The notes: generated from the letters alone by a model not told the origin. A stretch of 64,000 nucleotides of DNA from an uncultured Gemmataceae bacterium (GCA_963750165.1 CAVVPN010000010.1:32001-96000); one strand, 5' to 3'; positions 30,868 through 42,170 are shown, counted from the first letter of the stretch. A program made the numbers and translations.

Positions 30868-30974
30868 GATTGCCCCCGTTCATTCAGCCGCTGGCGCCTT
30901 CTCTTTCGCGGCGCCTCCCTGATAATAACCCCGACCAACCCGCATCGTCCCGTTCCGCACGCAAGGGCATCCCC

Positions 30975-32024
30975 GTGACCACCGCCGTCCTGCGACCGCC
31001 GCCGTCCGACCCGGCGCCGCTCTTTGACCTGTTCCGCGGCAACTTCGCCACCGAACTGCTCACCGCCGCCAGCGCTCACCTGAACGTCTTCGGCCGCCTC
31101 GCCGCGTCCGGCCCACGGTCGTTCGCCGACCTGGGCGCCGACCTCGGTCTGCAACCGCGGCCGCTGCAGGTGCTGCTGACCGCCTTGCAGGCGTTCGCTC
31201 TGCTGCGGCACGACGGCGGCCGCTACGACCTGACGCCGCTGGCGCGCACGCATCTGGTGCCCGGCGGCGACCACGACATCAGCGGTTACCTGAACCTGGT
31301 GGCCGAGAGCGCCGGCGTGCGCGACATGGTGGAGCGGCTGCGCAGCAATGTGCCGGCGGGCGCGCAGGACGAGCAGCAGGGCGCTGCCTTCATCTACCGC
31401 GAAGGGCTGGAATCGGCGATGGAGCGCGAGCAGAGCGCCCGTCACCTGACGCTGGCACTGGCCGGTCGCGCGCGCAACGTCGGCCCGGTCCTGGCCCAGC
31501 AATACCCGCTGGCGGACGCGCACCGCCTGCTGGACGTGGGCGGCGGCAGCGGCCTGTACAGCGTCGCCTGGCTGCAACGGCACCTGGGGCTGCGGGCCGT
31601 CGTGTGGGACCGGCCGGAGGTGCTCAAGGTCGCCGCGGAGCTGGCCGCGACCCACGGCGTCGCGGAGCGGTTGGAATGTCAGCCCGGCGACATGTTCACG
31701 GACCCGGTGCCGGCCGGCTGTGACGTGGTGCTGTTCTCCAACGTGCTGCACGACTGGGATGTGCCGCAGTGCCGCGAATTGATCGGCCGCACCGCGGTGG
31801 CGCTGCCGGCGGGCGGCCGGTTGCTGATCCATGACGTGTTTCTGAACGACACGCTGGACGGTCCGTTACCGCTGGCGCTGTACTCGGCGGCGCTGTTCAC
31901 GCTCTCGGAGGGCCGGGCCTACAGCGCGGCGGAGTATCGCGACTGGCTCAGCGCGGCCGGGCTGACGCCGGGCGCGGTAGTGCCGACGCTGATTCATTGT
32001 GGCGTGCTGCCGGCCCGGAAATGA
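30975..32024 (+). CDS. SAM-dependent O-methyltransferase (family 2)
   Basis: N-terminal dimerisation HTH; LLDVGGGSG, GDMF, SNVLHDW and GGRLLIHD motifs. Confidence 0.9.
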   Translation: MTTAVLRPPPSDPAPLFDLFRGNFATELLTAASAHLNVFGRLAASGPRSFADLGADLGLQPRPLQVLLTALQAFALLRHDGGRYDLTPLARTHLVPGGDHDISGYLNLVAESAGVRDMVERLRSNVPAGAQDEQQGAAFIYREGLESAMEREQSARHLTLALAGRARNVGPVLAQQYPLADAHRLLDVGGGSGLYSVAWLQRHLGLRAVVWDRPEVLKVAAELAATHGVAERLECQPGDMFTDPVPAGCDVVLFSNVLHDWDVPQCRELIGRTAVALPAGGRLLIHDVFLNDTLDGPLPLALYSAALFTLSEGRAYSAAEYRDWLSAAGLTPGAVVPTLIHCGVLPARK

Positions 32025-32042
32025 GCGCAAGACCGTGATCGC

Positions 32043-32120
32043 TGTCTTCGTTCATAGTACCGCCTTCAGGCAGAATCAGCGTCTCGGATTCCGCCTGAAG
32101 GCGGTACTACGAACGAAGAC
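32043..32120. repeat. REP family A inverted pair (GTAGTACCGCCTTCAGGCGG type)
   Basis: TGTCTTCGTTCATAGTACCGCCTTCAGGC...GCCTGAAGGCGGTACTACGAACGAAGAC; related copies at 45776-45846 and around the IS701 element. Confidence 0.85.
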
Positions 32121-32135
32121 GCCCCCTTTCCGCCA

Positions 32136-32519
32136 CTATTTGCTTTTGGGCGGCAGTGGGGTGGGTCCCTGACGCAGTTCGCCCAGGTAGCGGTCGTTGC
32201 CGGTGGTCGGGATGACGCGATACCACACGTTCTCACCGGGGCGGAAGCCGGTGGCGGCCAGACCCAGGTTCAGGCTCTGGCTCTGACGGTCGAAGTAGCG
32301 CGTGAAGCGGCTCACGCGGTACATCTGGTTCACGATCTGATTGCCCTCGACCGAGCGGATGGTGATGAAACCGGTCTTGGGATTGATGTTGACAATTTGG
32401 CCGCGGATTTCCGGGCCGAGTTTGACCGGCGCCGGTGGTTGAACGGCCGGGTTCTGGGCCGCGACCACCCCCGCCGTCAGCAACAGGCCGACCACCACAC
32501 ACGGCAGCATTCGCTTCAT
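32136..32519 (-). CDS. Small secreted hypothetical protein
   Basis: Signal peptide MKRMLPCVVVGLLLTAGVVAA followed by a beta-rich domain. Confidence 0.75.
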   Translation of the reverse strand: MKRMLPCVVVGLLLTAGVVAAQNPAVQPPAPVKLGPEIRGQIVNINPKTGFITIRSVEGNQIVNQMYRVSRFTRYFDRQSQSLNLGLAATGFRPGENVWYRVIPTTGNDRYLGELRQGPTPLPPKSK

Positions 32520-32661
32520 GGGAAACCCCTTTTGCTCTGCTCCACATCTGTGCATCCCTCCCGGCATGGCGCCGGGACTTCACCTGAATGAGAAGTTTTG
32601 CAAACGGGGTGCCGCTAGCGCTTGAGACCGCCTGTTTTACGGCGTGAACCTCGACAAACAC

Positions 32662-32711
32662 GAACCCCGTTTTTAGTTTCGCGCGCGCGCGCGAAACTAA
32701 AAACGGGGTTC
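32662..32711. repeat. Palindromic element family D
   Basis: GAACCCCGTTTTTAGTTTCGCGCGCGCGCGCGAAACTAAAAACGGGGTTC. Confidence 0.8.
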
Positions 32712-32728
32712 TAATTGGGCGCCAGTTC

Positions 32729-34696
32729 CTAGCGCACGCCATCACGGTAGCCGGTCTTGTACGGCGCCGGGTCGATCACATCAGGGAAGCCATCGCCATC
32801 GCTGTCGCGCAGGTACGGCAGGTCCAGCCCGTACGCCTGCCGCACGTTCACCAGGGCGCGCGACACAATCGGCTCGCCACGGATGTTGCGAATCGGCCCT
32901 TCGATCTTGCCCGGCACGCGGAACAGCCATTCCGGGTTGAACCGCTCCAGGCCCGTGTCCATCTTCTGCACGATGAAGTGGTCCGAAATGATGCCGTCGC
33001 CGTTCATGTCGCAGGCCAGCTGGTCCGTCTGGTACAGCACCAGGCTCTGCAGGAAGCAGACCACCTGCTTCTGCTCCGCTTCCGACAGCTTCTTGTAGGC
33101 GTTGCGCGACGCCAGGGACTCGCCGCCGTGACGGCGGATCACCGCGTCCAGGTCGAGGCTGGCGCCGTCGTGGCCGTACGGCGCCGTGGTGCCGACGCCC
33201 CACAGCGGCGTCGTCCGCCACTGCTTGACGAGGCTGCCGTCGAACTGCATCTGGTAGAACTCCGGCCCCACGTCGTGGTACTTGAAGTCGCTGTAGATGC
33301 CCTTGACGGTGTATGCCCCGCGCCGCGGGATCGTGCGCTTGCCCACCTTGTCGGCCAGGTAAACGACCTTGCCCTCCAACCGCTCCGTTTTGTCGTTGTA
33401 GCCTACCTGCAGCTCGAAGAAGCGGCGGTCGCCGTCGTAGCGCTGCGTGTAGTCCTTCGCGCCCGGGTTGTGGGCGTGCAGGTGCCAGTCCGGCACGTGG
33501 CAGCTGGCGCAGCCAATCGCGTGGAATAGCTTCTCGCCGGCAAGCGCATCCTTCGTGATGCGGCCGCGGGCCGGGGCGGGGTGGTTGAGCAGATACCACT
33601 CGGTCACGTCGAGGTCGCCCTCGGTCAGTTCCTCGCAGTAGCCGTCGCGGTCGGGGTCGTCCAGGCTGATGCCGGTTGGCCCCTTCATGCCGCCGCGGTC
33701 CTTGCCGGCGGCGGTCACGAACTGCTGCGCCCCCGCGTTGGACACCAGGGCCAGGGCGTCCTTGTTGGGGCTGGTGAATGTCGTCGGATCGCACGCCTGC
33801 AAGCCGGAATGGATGTCGAACGGCGCCGACGAGAACGCCCGCAGCGTGGTCGAGAGCGGCGGCCGGAACGGCAGATACAGGTTGCCGAAGCCGAACACCT
33901 GCACCTCAAAGGTGTAGCCGGCCACCTCGGGGTACTTCAGGTTCTTGGCGAAGGCGATGCGCTGGCCGTTTTTGTCCACGAAGATCGGGTAGAAGATCGG
34001 GTTGAGGTCGGGGAAACCGTTGCCGTCCAGATCCTCGAAGCTGCCGTAGTCGATCTCGACGCGGCCCGGCGTGCCCGGCGGCAGGTTGGCCAGGACCAGC
34101 CGCTTGCCCCTGGCTTCCTCGAAGCTGATCCAGCCATCGCGGTTGGTGTCGGCGCTGGCCAGCGCCTGCAGACGCATCTGGAGACCGATCATTTCCTGCA
34201 GACCGCCGCCGAACATGTGCGGCGTGTTGCGACCGGTGCCGCCGTTCTTGGCCATGGTCTGACCGGCGCCAGCGTCGCGGTACGGGACGTTGTGGCAGGC
34301 ACCGCAGGAGTTGGCATGGCTGCGGTCCATCATTTTGCTGGCGCCGTCGGCCAGCAGCGGCCCCTCGATCTTGCCGGCGTCGCCGTACACGCCGTCGCGC
34401 TCGCGGAAGTTGCGCTGCGTCAGGCTCTTGCCCCACAGGTAGCCGAGCCACGGATCGATCTGCTGCAGATACATCGAGCCGCCGACCAAATGAGGATCGG
34501 TGGTGTGGACGACGCGGATGCGCGGGTTTTTGATCGACAGGCCGGAGAGGTCGCGCGGCGTATCGATGGGGTTATCGAGGGAATGGCCGGAGCGCTCGGA
34601 CTGCTGGCCGCGGAGGCCGAGGACATGGCCGACGTAGAGCGCAGCCGCAAGGCCGGCGATGAAGCCGCAGGCCAGCAGACAGGATCGTTTCTTCAT
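32729..34696 (-). CDS. Di-heme oxidoreductase (DHOR-like) with Ca-binding loop motifs
   Basis: CGACH, RNTPHMFGGG, GEKLF..IGCASCH, YSDFKYHDVG and WRTTPLWGVG..APYGHDG motifs. Confidence 0.85.
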   Translation of the reverse strand: MKKRSCLLACGFIAGLAAALYVGHVLGLRGQQSERSGHSLDNPIDTPRDLSGLSIKNPRIRVVHTTDPHLVGGSMYLQQIDPWLGYLWGKSLTQRNFRERDGVYGDAGKIEGPLLADGASKMMDRSHANSCGACHNVPYRDAGAGQTMAKNGGTGRNTPHMFGGGLQEMIGLQMRLQALASADTNRDGWISFEEARGKRLVLANLPPGTPGRVEIDYGSFEDLDGNGFPDLNPIFYPIFVDKNGQRIAFAKNLKYPEVAGYTFEVQVFGFGNLYLPFRPPLSTTLRAFSSAPFDIHSGLQACDPTTFTSPNKDALALVSNAGAQQFVTAAGKDRGGMKGPTGISLDDPDRDGYCEELTEGDLDVTEWYLLNHPAPARGRITKDALAGEKLFHAIGCASCHVPDWHLHAHNPGAKDYTQRYDGDRRFFELQVGYNDKTERLEGKVVYLADKVGKRTIPRRGAYTVKGIYSDFKYHDVGPEFYQMQFDGSLVKQWRTTPLWGVGTTAPYGHDGASLDLDAVIRRHGGESLASRNAYKKLSEAEQKQVVCFLQSLVLYQTDQLACDMNGDGIISDHFIVQKMDTGLERFNPEWLFRVPGKIEGPIRNIRGEPIVSRALVNVRQAYGLDLPYLRDSDGDGFPDVIDPAPYKTGYRDGVR

Positions 34697-34797
34697 GGGG
34701 TGCTCCGTATAAAAGCCTCTCGTCGGGCGGCCGCACTGGAATGGCCGCGGTTGCCCGGGTTGTCGTCAACTGAAACCGTTGCCGGAGGGGATCCTTC

Positions 34798-34962
34798 ATG
34801 GTTGAGCGTAAAAGCGAACTGAAACGCCGTCAACAGCGCAAGCTGAAAATGCGCAAGCTCAAGGCGAAGTTGGCCGCCGCCAAGGACGGCCACAGCCGCG
34901 AGCAGATTTTGAACAAAATCCATCGCATTAGCCCGTGGTGGCTGGAGCCGCAGCAGGCGTGA
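34798..34962 (+). CDS. 54-aa basic protein, DUF6800-like (below the ORF-track cutoff)
   Basis: GGAGG SD; MVERKSELKRRQQRKLKMRKLKAKLAAAKDGHSREQILNKIHRISPWWLEPQQA. Confidence 0.8.
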   Translation: MVERKSELKRRQQRKLKMRKLKAKLAAAKDGHSREQILNKIHRISPWWLEPQQA

Positions 34963-34978
34963 GCGCGGCGGTTTGGTC

Positions 34979-35033
34979 GGAGCCCGAGCGCCAGCGCGGG
35001 GCAGCGCCTGCCCCGCGCTGGCGCTCGGGCTCC
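34979..35033. repeat. Palindromic repeat family C
   Basis: GGAGCCCGAGCGCCAGCGCGGGGCAG...CTGCCCCGCGCTGGCGCTCGGGCTCC. Confidence 0.85.
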
Positions 35034-35085
35034 TTCAATCATTCGACGAGGCCGCCCAGCTTTCGGATTGCCAGGAATCGGTTAG

Positions 35086-36527
35086 CTACCCGCCAAACCA
35101 CCATGCCTCGACCGCCAGCAGGATCGCGAAGCCGGTCAGCGCCATGCACGCCCGGCAGGCGTTGAACTTCACCATCACGTCGCGCACGCTCAGGCGGCAA
35201 TACTCCTTGACGAGCCAGAAACCGCTGTCGGCCGGCTGCGTCATGAACGTGACGCCGTTGGCGACCGCCAGAATCAACAGCGTTTCGCGCCCGGCAGCCG
35301 CGCCGCCAGGCCCGCCAGCAGTGCCGACGCCGTCAGGATCGCCGCCGTCGCCGAGCCCAGCGCCACGCGCACCAGCACCGCGACCACGAACGCCACCGCC
35401 ACCGGCGTCAGCGGCAACGCGCCCGCCTGCTCCGCGATGTACCGGCCGGCCCCGGTCGCCTGGATCACCTCCTTGAAGCCGCCCGCGGCGCCGAACAGGA
35501 ACAGCATCGAACCCACGTCGTTCAGGCCGTCGCCGGCCAGCTGCGCCAGCCGCTCCGGTCCCAGGCCGCGCCGCCAGCCGAGCAGCCAGAACGCCAGGCC
35601 CGTCGGGATCAGCAGCGCCATCGTCTGGTGGCCGAGGAACTGCAACCAGTCCACCGGCCGATGCGTCAACACCGCCAACCACGGCGGCGCGTCGGCGCGG
35701 GCGATCAGTGGCTCGGTCAGCGCCGCGGGCAGATGATGCAGATCGGCCAGCAGTTTCGCCCCGAAGCCGAGCAGGCTGAGCCCCAGCGGCAGCGTCACCA
35801 CCAGCACCGCGACCGCGAACGATGGCGGCGGGGTCGCGGGCTTGCCCAGCACCTGCGTGTCGTCCTCGGCCGCCTCCGCCCTCGGAGCGGCAACGAACTG
35901 CTGCCGCGCCCACCAGCGACCGGGGCCGAACCAGCCGACCAGCACCACCGGCACGCCCATCAGGGCGCCGAACACAATCGTCTCGATCATGATCGTGCTG
36001 CCCGGTTTGTCGCCGCCCAGGTTGGCCACGGCGCCGACGATGCCGGGGTGTGGCGGCACCAGGGAGTGCATCGTCGCCAGGCTGAAGATCAGCGGCAGCG
36101 CGAACCACAGCAGCGACCGGCCTGTGTCGCGCTGCAGTCGATACATGATCGGCATCAGCAGCAAGAAACCGACGTTGAAGAGGACCGGGATGCCGATCAG
36201 GTACGAGGCAACCAGGACCGCCAGGGAGGCCCGCTGAACCCCGAAGGCGCGGACGAGGGTGCGAGCGATGACCTCGGCGGCGCCGGAGGCGTCGAGGACG
36301 CGGCCGAGCATGGCGCCCAGTGCCAGGATGATGGCGACACTGGCGAGGATGTCGCCGATGCCCTTGCCGACGGCGCCGACCACCGTCAAGGGCGGCAGTC
36401 CCGCGGCCAGGCCAAGGCCGAGGCTGACGAGCAACAGGGCCACGAACGCCTGGAACCGGTAGCGGATGATGAGCACCAACAACGCCACCAGGGCGGCGGC
36501 GGTGCAGACGGCAGGCCAGGCATTCAT
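35086..36527 (-). CDS. GntP family gluconate:H+ symporter, frameshift near 35295
   Basis: AFVALLLVS, LGAMLG..SGAA, HSLVPPHPG, VRVALGSATAA and DSGFWLVKEY motifs. Confidence 0.9.
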
Positions 36528-36555
36528 GGGTGGGGAGGGGGGTCCTTTTCCCGAT

Positions 36556-38415
36556 TTATCGGTTCGCAATGACAATCGTGAAGGCGTGGTCGATCAACCG
36601 GCCGCCGCTCCGCAGGACGACGCGCACGTCCGCCTCCGGGCCGGGGAAGTTCGCGGGCACCTGCCACGTGATCTCGCCCTGCGGACTGATTTGCATGCCC
36701 GGCGGGTGCGTGGCCAGTTCGTAACCCACGCCGCCCGCGCGCTGGCGCACGTCCAGGGCGTAGCGGTAGGGGTCGCCGCGCCGCGCCGCCTGCACCGGCC
36801 GCGACGCCACATAGAGGTAATCGACGTTGGCCTTCTTGAACGCCGCCTCCGGGTCGAAGCGGTGCAGCACCATCTCCTCGCCGTTGCCGCGGATCGTGAT
36901 GATGACCTTCGCGTCCGGGACGAAATGCACGCGCCGGTCGAACGGCAGCGATGCCCGCAGTGGTGCCTTCGGTTCGTCGAGACCGTCGAGGTTCAGCTTG
37001 ACCAGCGGCTTCGCGAAACCGGGCAGGTGGACTGGCACGCCGCCGGGCGGGATGCGCGGCTGACCGGGGCCGGCGTTGAGGAATTGCAGGTACATCGTGC
37101 CGTGCGCCGCGGGGACACAGTTGCCGCTGTTCCCCACCAGCAGCTTCAGCCCCGGGCTCAGGGTGTCGTGGTTCGTGAACACGCGGCGGCCGTCCGCGCT
37201 CGGCAGCGGATAACTGCCGTTGCCGGCGTAGCGTTTGAGTTCGCCGCGCGCCACCGCGCACGCCTGGATGACGCCGCCGGCGTTCGGCTGACAGGTGAAC
37301 AGCCGGCCGTTGGACGATGCGCGCAGGAACAGCTGCGGAGTGATGTCGAAAATGCCCTGTGGGTTGAGCGGCAGCGGAATGCGTTTGGCGCCGTCGCGCA
37401 CGTCAAAGAACGCCGTTTCGCCGAGCCGCGACAGGTCGAGGCCGGTGACGACCAGTGGTCCCGCGGACGCCGAGCCCATCGCCACGGCGAACGGCGGCAC
37501 CTTCATATCCAGCTTGACCTTCGCCCCGCGGGTCAGGTCCGGCAGCCGAAAGATCTCGGCGCTGGACTTCTCCGGGTAGACGACGATCAGCCGGTCCGCG
37601 CCGGCCGCGATCAGCACCTGGTCCTCGGGCTCGACCTCCGCCTCCTTGACGAAGGCGCACTTGCTCACGTCGAAGACGCTGACCTTGTGCAGGCTGAGGT
37701 GGAAGAAGACGAGGTAACGGCCGCCGCCGCCGACCACCGCGGCGCTGGCCATTGCCGGCAGTTTGAGGACAACCTGTTCGTCGGCGAGCGTGGCCGGCGT
37801 GATGACCAGGGCGGCCGGTGGTGGCGGCGGCAGCACCGGGAACGGCGTCGCCACAGGCTTCTCCCTGGGGAACTGGTCGATTGGGTCGAACTTCTCGTCC
37901 TCTTTTTCCTTCTTCTCGGGCTGCTTCTGTTCCTTCTTCTCGGGTTCGTCCCGGGGGGGATTCGGGGCCGGCTTTTCTTTCCCCAGCGGCGCCGCCTTCT
38001 TCGCGGCCTCCGTGCTCGGGCTCGTCGAGACGGGCGTCATCCAGAACACCACCAGCAGAACGACACCGCCACAGGCGAGCAGGACGCACACGGCGGCCAG
38101 GCCGAGGACCACCCACACGACCGGGAAGCCGCCCGCGGACGGTCGCGGTTGCCGGGGCGGCAGTTCCGGGGCCGTTCGCGGCGCGGCGGGCAACCGGCCG
38201 GGCTGGGTCTGCACCTGCCGTGCGGCGGCCGGGACCGGAGCGGGCACCGCGGCCGGGGGACGCGCGGCGATGGCCTGGGGCGGTGCGGGCGTGCCGTTGG
38301 TGGTGTCGGGAATGCGGAAGGGCTGCTGACAGCCGGGACAGCGGACCTGTTTACCGCGAGCGGTGTCGGGAACCTGGCTGGCCGCCCGGCAGGCGGGGCA
38401 GTTGACGATGAGCAT
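36556..38415 (-). CDS. Zinc-ribbon, TM, beta-propeller-like and Ig-like domain protein
   Basis: CPAC...CPGC; Pro-rich linker; TM helix; C-terminal PPGMQISPQGEITW. Confidence 0.8.
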   Translation of the reverse strand: MLIVNCPACRAASQVPDTARGKQVRCPGCQQPFRIPDTTNGTPAPPQAIAARPPAAVPAPVPAAARQVQTQPGRLPAAPRTAPELPPRQPRPSAGGFPVVWVVLGLAAVCVLLACGGVVLLVVFWMTPVSTSPSTEAAKKAAPLGKEKPAPNPPRDEPEKKEQKQPEKKEKEDEKFDPIDQFPREKPVATPFPVLPPPPPAALVITPATLADEQVVLKLPAMASAAVVGGGGRYLVFFHLSLHKVSVFDVSKCAFVKEAEVEPEDQVLIAAGADRLIVVYPEKSSAEIFRLPDLTRGAKVKLDMKVPPFAVAMGSASAGPLVVTGLDLSRLGETAFFDVRDGAKRIPLPLNPQGIFDITPQLFLRASSNGRLFTCQPNAGGVIQACAVARGELKRYAGNGSYPLPSADGRRVFTNHDTLSPGLKLLVGNSGNCVPAAHGTMYLQFLNAGPGQPRIPPGGVPVHLPGFAKPLVKLNLDGLDEPKAPLRASLPFDRRVHFVPDAKVIITIRGNGEEMVLHRFDPEAAFKKANVDYLYVASRPVQAARRGDPYRYALDVRQRAGGVGYELATHPPGMQISPQGEITWQVPANFPGPEADVRVVLRSGGRLIDHAFTIVIANR

Positions 38416-38570
38416 GACGGCGGCACCCTGAGAGAAAGAAACGCCCGGCAGACGACCGGGGGTGCGCCCATTTTACAACATCCGCGCGTCGCGGTCAGCG
38501 GCCCTTCTTGTCCGCCGCTTGCGGCTGAGCGCATGAAGCGCGCCAGGCCGCAAGCGGCAGACAAGACAGT

Positions 38571-40411
38571 TCACAGCGATTTCAGATACGCAATCAGATC
38601 GCTCAGTTCCGCGTCGGTGAGTTCGCCGCGGCCGGTGACGCGCTCGGGGTTGTGGTCGCCGCGCAGCGCCTCCTCCAGCGTCTTCGCCCGGCCGTCGTGC
38701 AGCAACAGCACGCGATCATACACGCCCAGCAGCGACGGCGGATTGTAGCCCTTGTACTGGTCCGTGCGCTTGCCGGTGCCCACGTCGTGGACGCGGCCGT
38801 CGGTGAAGTACGGCCCCGAGTGGCAGCGCACACAGTCCGCCTTTTTGCCCTTGAACACCTGCGCGCGCGCCGCGCCGCCTCGGTCAGACTGCCGTCGCGG
38901 TTGCGGTGCGGGTTCGGCGGCACCGCCAGCGTCTCGAAGTAAGCGAGCAGCGCGTCCACGTCCGCCGCGCTCGGCGGCCGTTTGCCGAGCATCGTGTCCT
39001 TGAGCGATTTGCTCATGGCCGCGCGCAGGTCCTTCTGCCAGCCGTGCCACGTCCACGGCCCCGTCTTCGTCACGTTGCGCAGACTCAGCACCGTCTTGAA
39101 CGTGAATGACACATAACCGTCGTTCTTCGTGTCCATCGCCGCCGCGTTGGTGTGGCCCTCGTAGTGGCAAGTGTGGCAGCTGTACCACTGATCCAGCGAC
39201 CGCTTGCCGTCATAGAAGATCGCCTCGCCCTTGCGTGCCAGCGATGGCTCCTTCGGGCCGCCGAGCGCGATCGTCCGCGCCACCGCCTTGCCGGGCACGT
39301 CCACCACCTGCACGCAGTTGAGTAAATAGTTCGTCACATAAACATGCTTGCCGTCCTTCGCATAGCGCACCGCCATCGGCCGGCCGCCGAGGTCGATGCG
39401 GTAGTGGCGGCTTTTGTCCTTGAGCAGTTTGGCGTCGATGTGATCGCCGGGGCCGCCGTAATCCTGGAACGGCAGCCCCGCCGTCTTGTAGACCAGCAAT
39501 TCCTGCGTGCCGGACGCGGCGCTGACCAGCCACTGCTCGTCCGGGCTCAGCGCCAGGCCGTGCGGGTCGGCCACCGCCAGCCCTTGCGGGTCCAGCGAAA
39601 TCGCCTCGCGGCGGGCCGGGCCGTCCAGCCGAACGCGAGCGATACGGCTCGCCAGCACCCAGCCGATGCGAATGTTGTTCGGCGTGATCGGGTTGTAGCG
39701 GTACACCATCCACGGAAAGTAAACGTACTTGCCGTCTCTGGAAATCTGCATCTGGCCGAGGTTGATGCCGCTGAACGCTTCGTCATAGAGCAGCTTGCGT
39801 GTGGCGGTGTCCACGACGGAGACGCCGCCGTCACCGTTGGCCCCGACCGCGAGCCGGCTGCCGTCCGGCGACACCGCCAGATAGCGCGGCCACTTGCCGA
39901 CACTGATGCGGTCCACCACCTTCAGCGCCGCCAGATCGACCACCGCGATTTGATGCGCGGTCGTCAACGCCACATAGGCCAGATCGCCCTGCGGCGCCAC
40001 CGCGACGCCGCGCGGCTCGAAGCCGAGGTAGACCGAGCCCGTCCGCTTGAGCGTTTCGCCGTCGAGTTGGAGCACGGTCAGGTCGTGGCTGAAGGTGCCG
40101 GTGACGACGGCGCGGCGCCCGTCCGGCGTCAGGGCGATGCCGCTGGGCCGCTTGCCGGCGGGCACTTCCGCGAGCACCTTGCCGCCGGCCACGTCCACGA
40201 GCGAGACGGTGTTGCTGGTCTGGTTGACGGTGAGCAGCCGCTGTTCATCGCCAGTGAGCACGAGGTCCACGGGCGAGCGGTCCACGTCGGCGGCGGGCTG
40301 CTGCTGGGGCGCCGGCGTCTGGCCGTGGACGAGGCCGAGGAGCAGCAGCGGCAGCAGGACCAGCAGGGCTCGGGGGCCGGTGGCGGTGGGCGGCGATGTG
40401 TAGTGGGTCAC
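38571..40411 (-). CDS. YVTN beta-propeller and diheme cytochrome c protein, frameshift near 38870
   Basis: Repeats VGKWPRYLAVSPDG; SCHTCH, TGPWTWHG, CVRCH and PSLLGVY..LLHDG motifs. Confidence 0.85.
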
Positions 40412-40657
40412 GGCAACCTCGTCGGCAGATGGTGGGACCGAAACGGCAGCGGGCCAGACAAGGTATCTTTTTACCCGCCGGACGCTGCCGGATCAAGCAA
40501 GCAGCTTCAGGTCAGGGGACTCCGAAGACGATTGTGCGAATTGCGGTGAGCCACTTATTTTCCCCGTTTTGCGGTGTTACGCTCTCCCATGATCCGCGGT
40601 TCGTTCTGATCAGAACTCGACGCGCAAGATTCCGGTCTCCACCCCTGAGGTTCCATT

Positions 40658-41494
40658 ATGACGCACACGAGTCGTCTGGTGAGTGCTGTACTGCTGTCGC
40701 TCGCGCCGACGCTGCCACTGCCCGGGGAGGCAGGCGACAAGGGCAAGGAAGACCCCGTCATTGCCGGCATGAAGTTTGTCAAGGTGCCCAAAGGGACGTT
40801 CTGGATGGGCTGGGATAGCCAGGAAAAGAAGAGCAAGCAGGTCGAGATCAAGCAGGATTTCGAGCTGGCGGCGTACCCGGTGACGCAGGAGCAATGGGAA
40901 GCGGTCATGGGCACCAACCCCAGTTACTTTTCCCGGAAGGGCAAGGGGGTGGACAACGTTAAGAATGTTTCAGACGCCGACCTGAAGCGGTTCCCGGTGG
41001 AGCAGGTCTCCTGGGAGGACGCCCAGGAATTCCTGAAGAAGCTGAACGCCCGCGCGAAGGGCAAGGGCTGGGTGTACCGCTTGCCGACCCAGGCGGAATG
41101 GGAATACGCCTGCCGCGGCACGGCCACGAGCAAGAAAGATTGCTCCTTCGACTATTACCTCGACCGGCCGACAAACAACCTGTCGTCCAAACAGGCCAAT
41201 TTCCGGGGCACCGACCCGGGCGGCAAGGCGGAGCGCGGGCCGTACCTCGGGCGGACGAGCAAGGTCGGCTCGTACCCGCCGAACAAGCTGGGCCTGTACG
41301 ACATGCACGGCAACGTGCAGCAGTGGTGCGGCGATAAGTATCTGGGTACCTCATCCCCGGCGTACCGGGGCGGCAGCTGGATCGTGCCCGGCATGGACTG
41401 CACGGCGGCGTACATGCGCGGAGCGTTGCCGACGTTGCGCGTCAATTACATCGGGCTGCGCCTGGTCCGCGTCCCGTCCGGGACCGGGAAATGA
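40658..41494 (+). CDS. Formylglycine-generating enzyme (SUMF1) family domain protein
   Basis: PKGTFWMG, VTQEQW, PVEQVSWEDA, YRLPTQAEWEYACR, NKLGLYDMHGNV and GLRLV motifs. Confidence 0.93.
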   Translation: MTHTSRLVSAVLLSLAPTLPLPGEAGDKGKEDPVIAGMKFVKVPKGTFWMGWDSQEKKSKQVEIKQDFELAAYPVTQEQWEAVMGTNPSYFSRKGKGVDNVKNVSDADLKRFPVEQVSWEDAQEFLKKLNARAKGKGWVYRLPTQAEWEYACRGTATSKKDCSFDYYLDRPTNNLSSKQANFRGTDPGGKAERGPYLGRTSKVGSYPPNKLGLYDMHGNVQQWCGDKYLGTSSPAYRGGSWIVPGMDCTAAYMRGALPTLRVNYIGLRLVRVPSGTGK

Positions 41495-41609
41495 GCGCCG
41501 CGGCTGGGCCGAGGCTCGATGGTTGCGTTTGCCAGGGACGCAGGGATCGTGTTCCGGCCAGCCGCAGCCGGCGGCTTCGGCGGCTGCCAACCGAAGAACG
41601 GGGCAACTC

Positions 41610-42170
41610 ATGATAGTTCGCTGCACAAGCGGGGCAGTGCTCGTTCTGGTCCTCCTCGCGCTCGGGCGTGACTCGTTACCCCTGGTCGCCTCGCAAGAAA
41701 AAGACGCGCCGCAGAAAAAACGCCATGACCCCGAGAAGGAACTGGCCGCCCTGAAAGCAACCGTCAAGGAACTCGCGGAAGCCAACCGGAAGCTGGCCGA
41801 GCAACTCGACCGCCTGGCCAGAGAGCACGAACGTCTGAAGGCGGCATTCGCGAAGGAAACCGAGCAGGCGATCAAGGGCCGGGTCGCGCGGATCGAGGTC
41901 ACCGAGCGTGCGGTGCTGTCCGCGAACCGGCGCGACCTGCGGTTCTTTGTGGCGACGGGGTCCACCGCGCAGCCGGTCGCGTGCCTCGCAGATTGCAGGG
42001 ACTTTCCGTTGCCGACCGCCATCTTTGCGAAAGCCGGCAGCCACGCGGGGAGAAATGGCGTCCATGTCCATGTCGTCTTCCCAGGGCCTGCAACAAAAGG
42101 GGTCGTCGCCGTGAACATCTTTCAGGCCGCGATGGCACCAGGAGACCTTGCCGTCATTCCGGTGAAGTGA
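41610..42170 (+). CDS. Secreted hypothetical protein with a coiled coil
   Basis: Signal-like N-terminus and heptad-rich segment. Confidence 0.65.
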   Translation: MIVRCTSGAVLVLVLLALGRDSLPLVASQEKDAPQKKRHDPEKELAALKATVKELAEANRKLAEQLDRLAREHERLKAAFAKETEQAIKGRVARIEVTERAVLSANRRDLRFFVATGSTAQPVACLADCRDFPLPTAIFAKAGSHAGRNGVHVHVVFPGPATKGVVAVNIFQAAMAPGDLAVIPVK

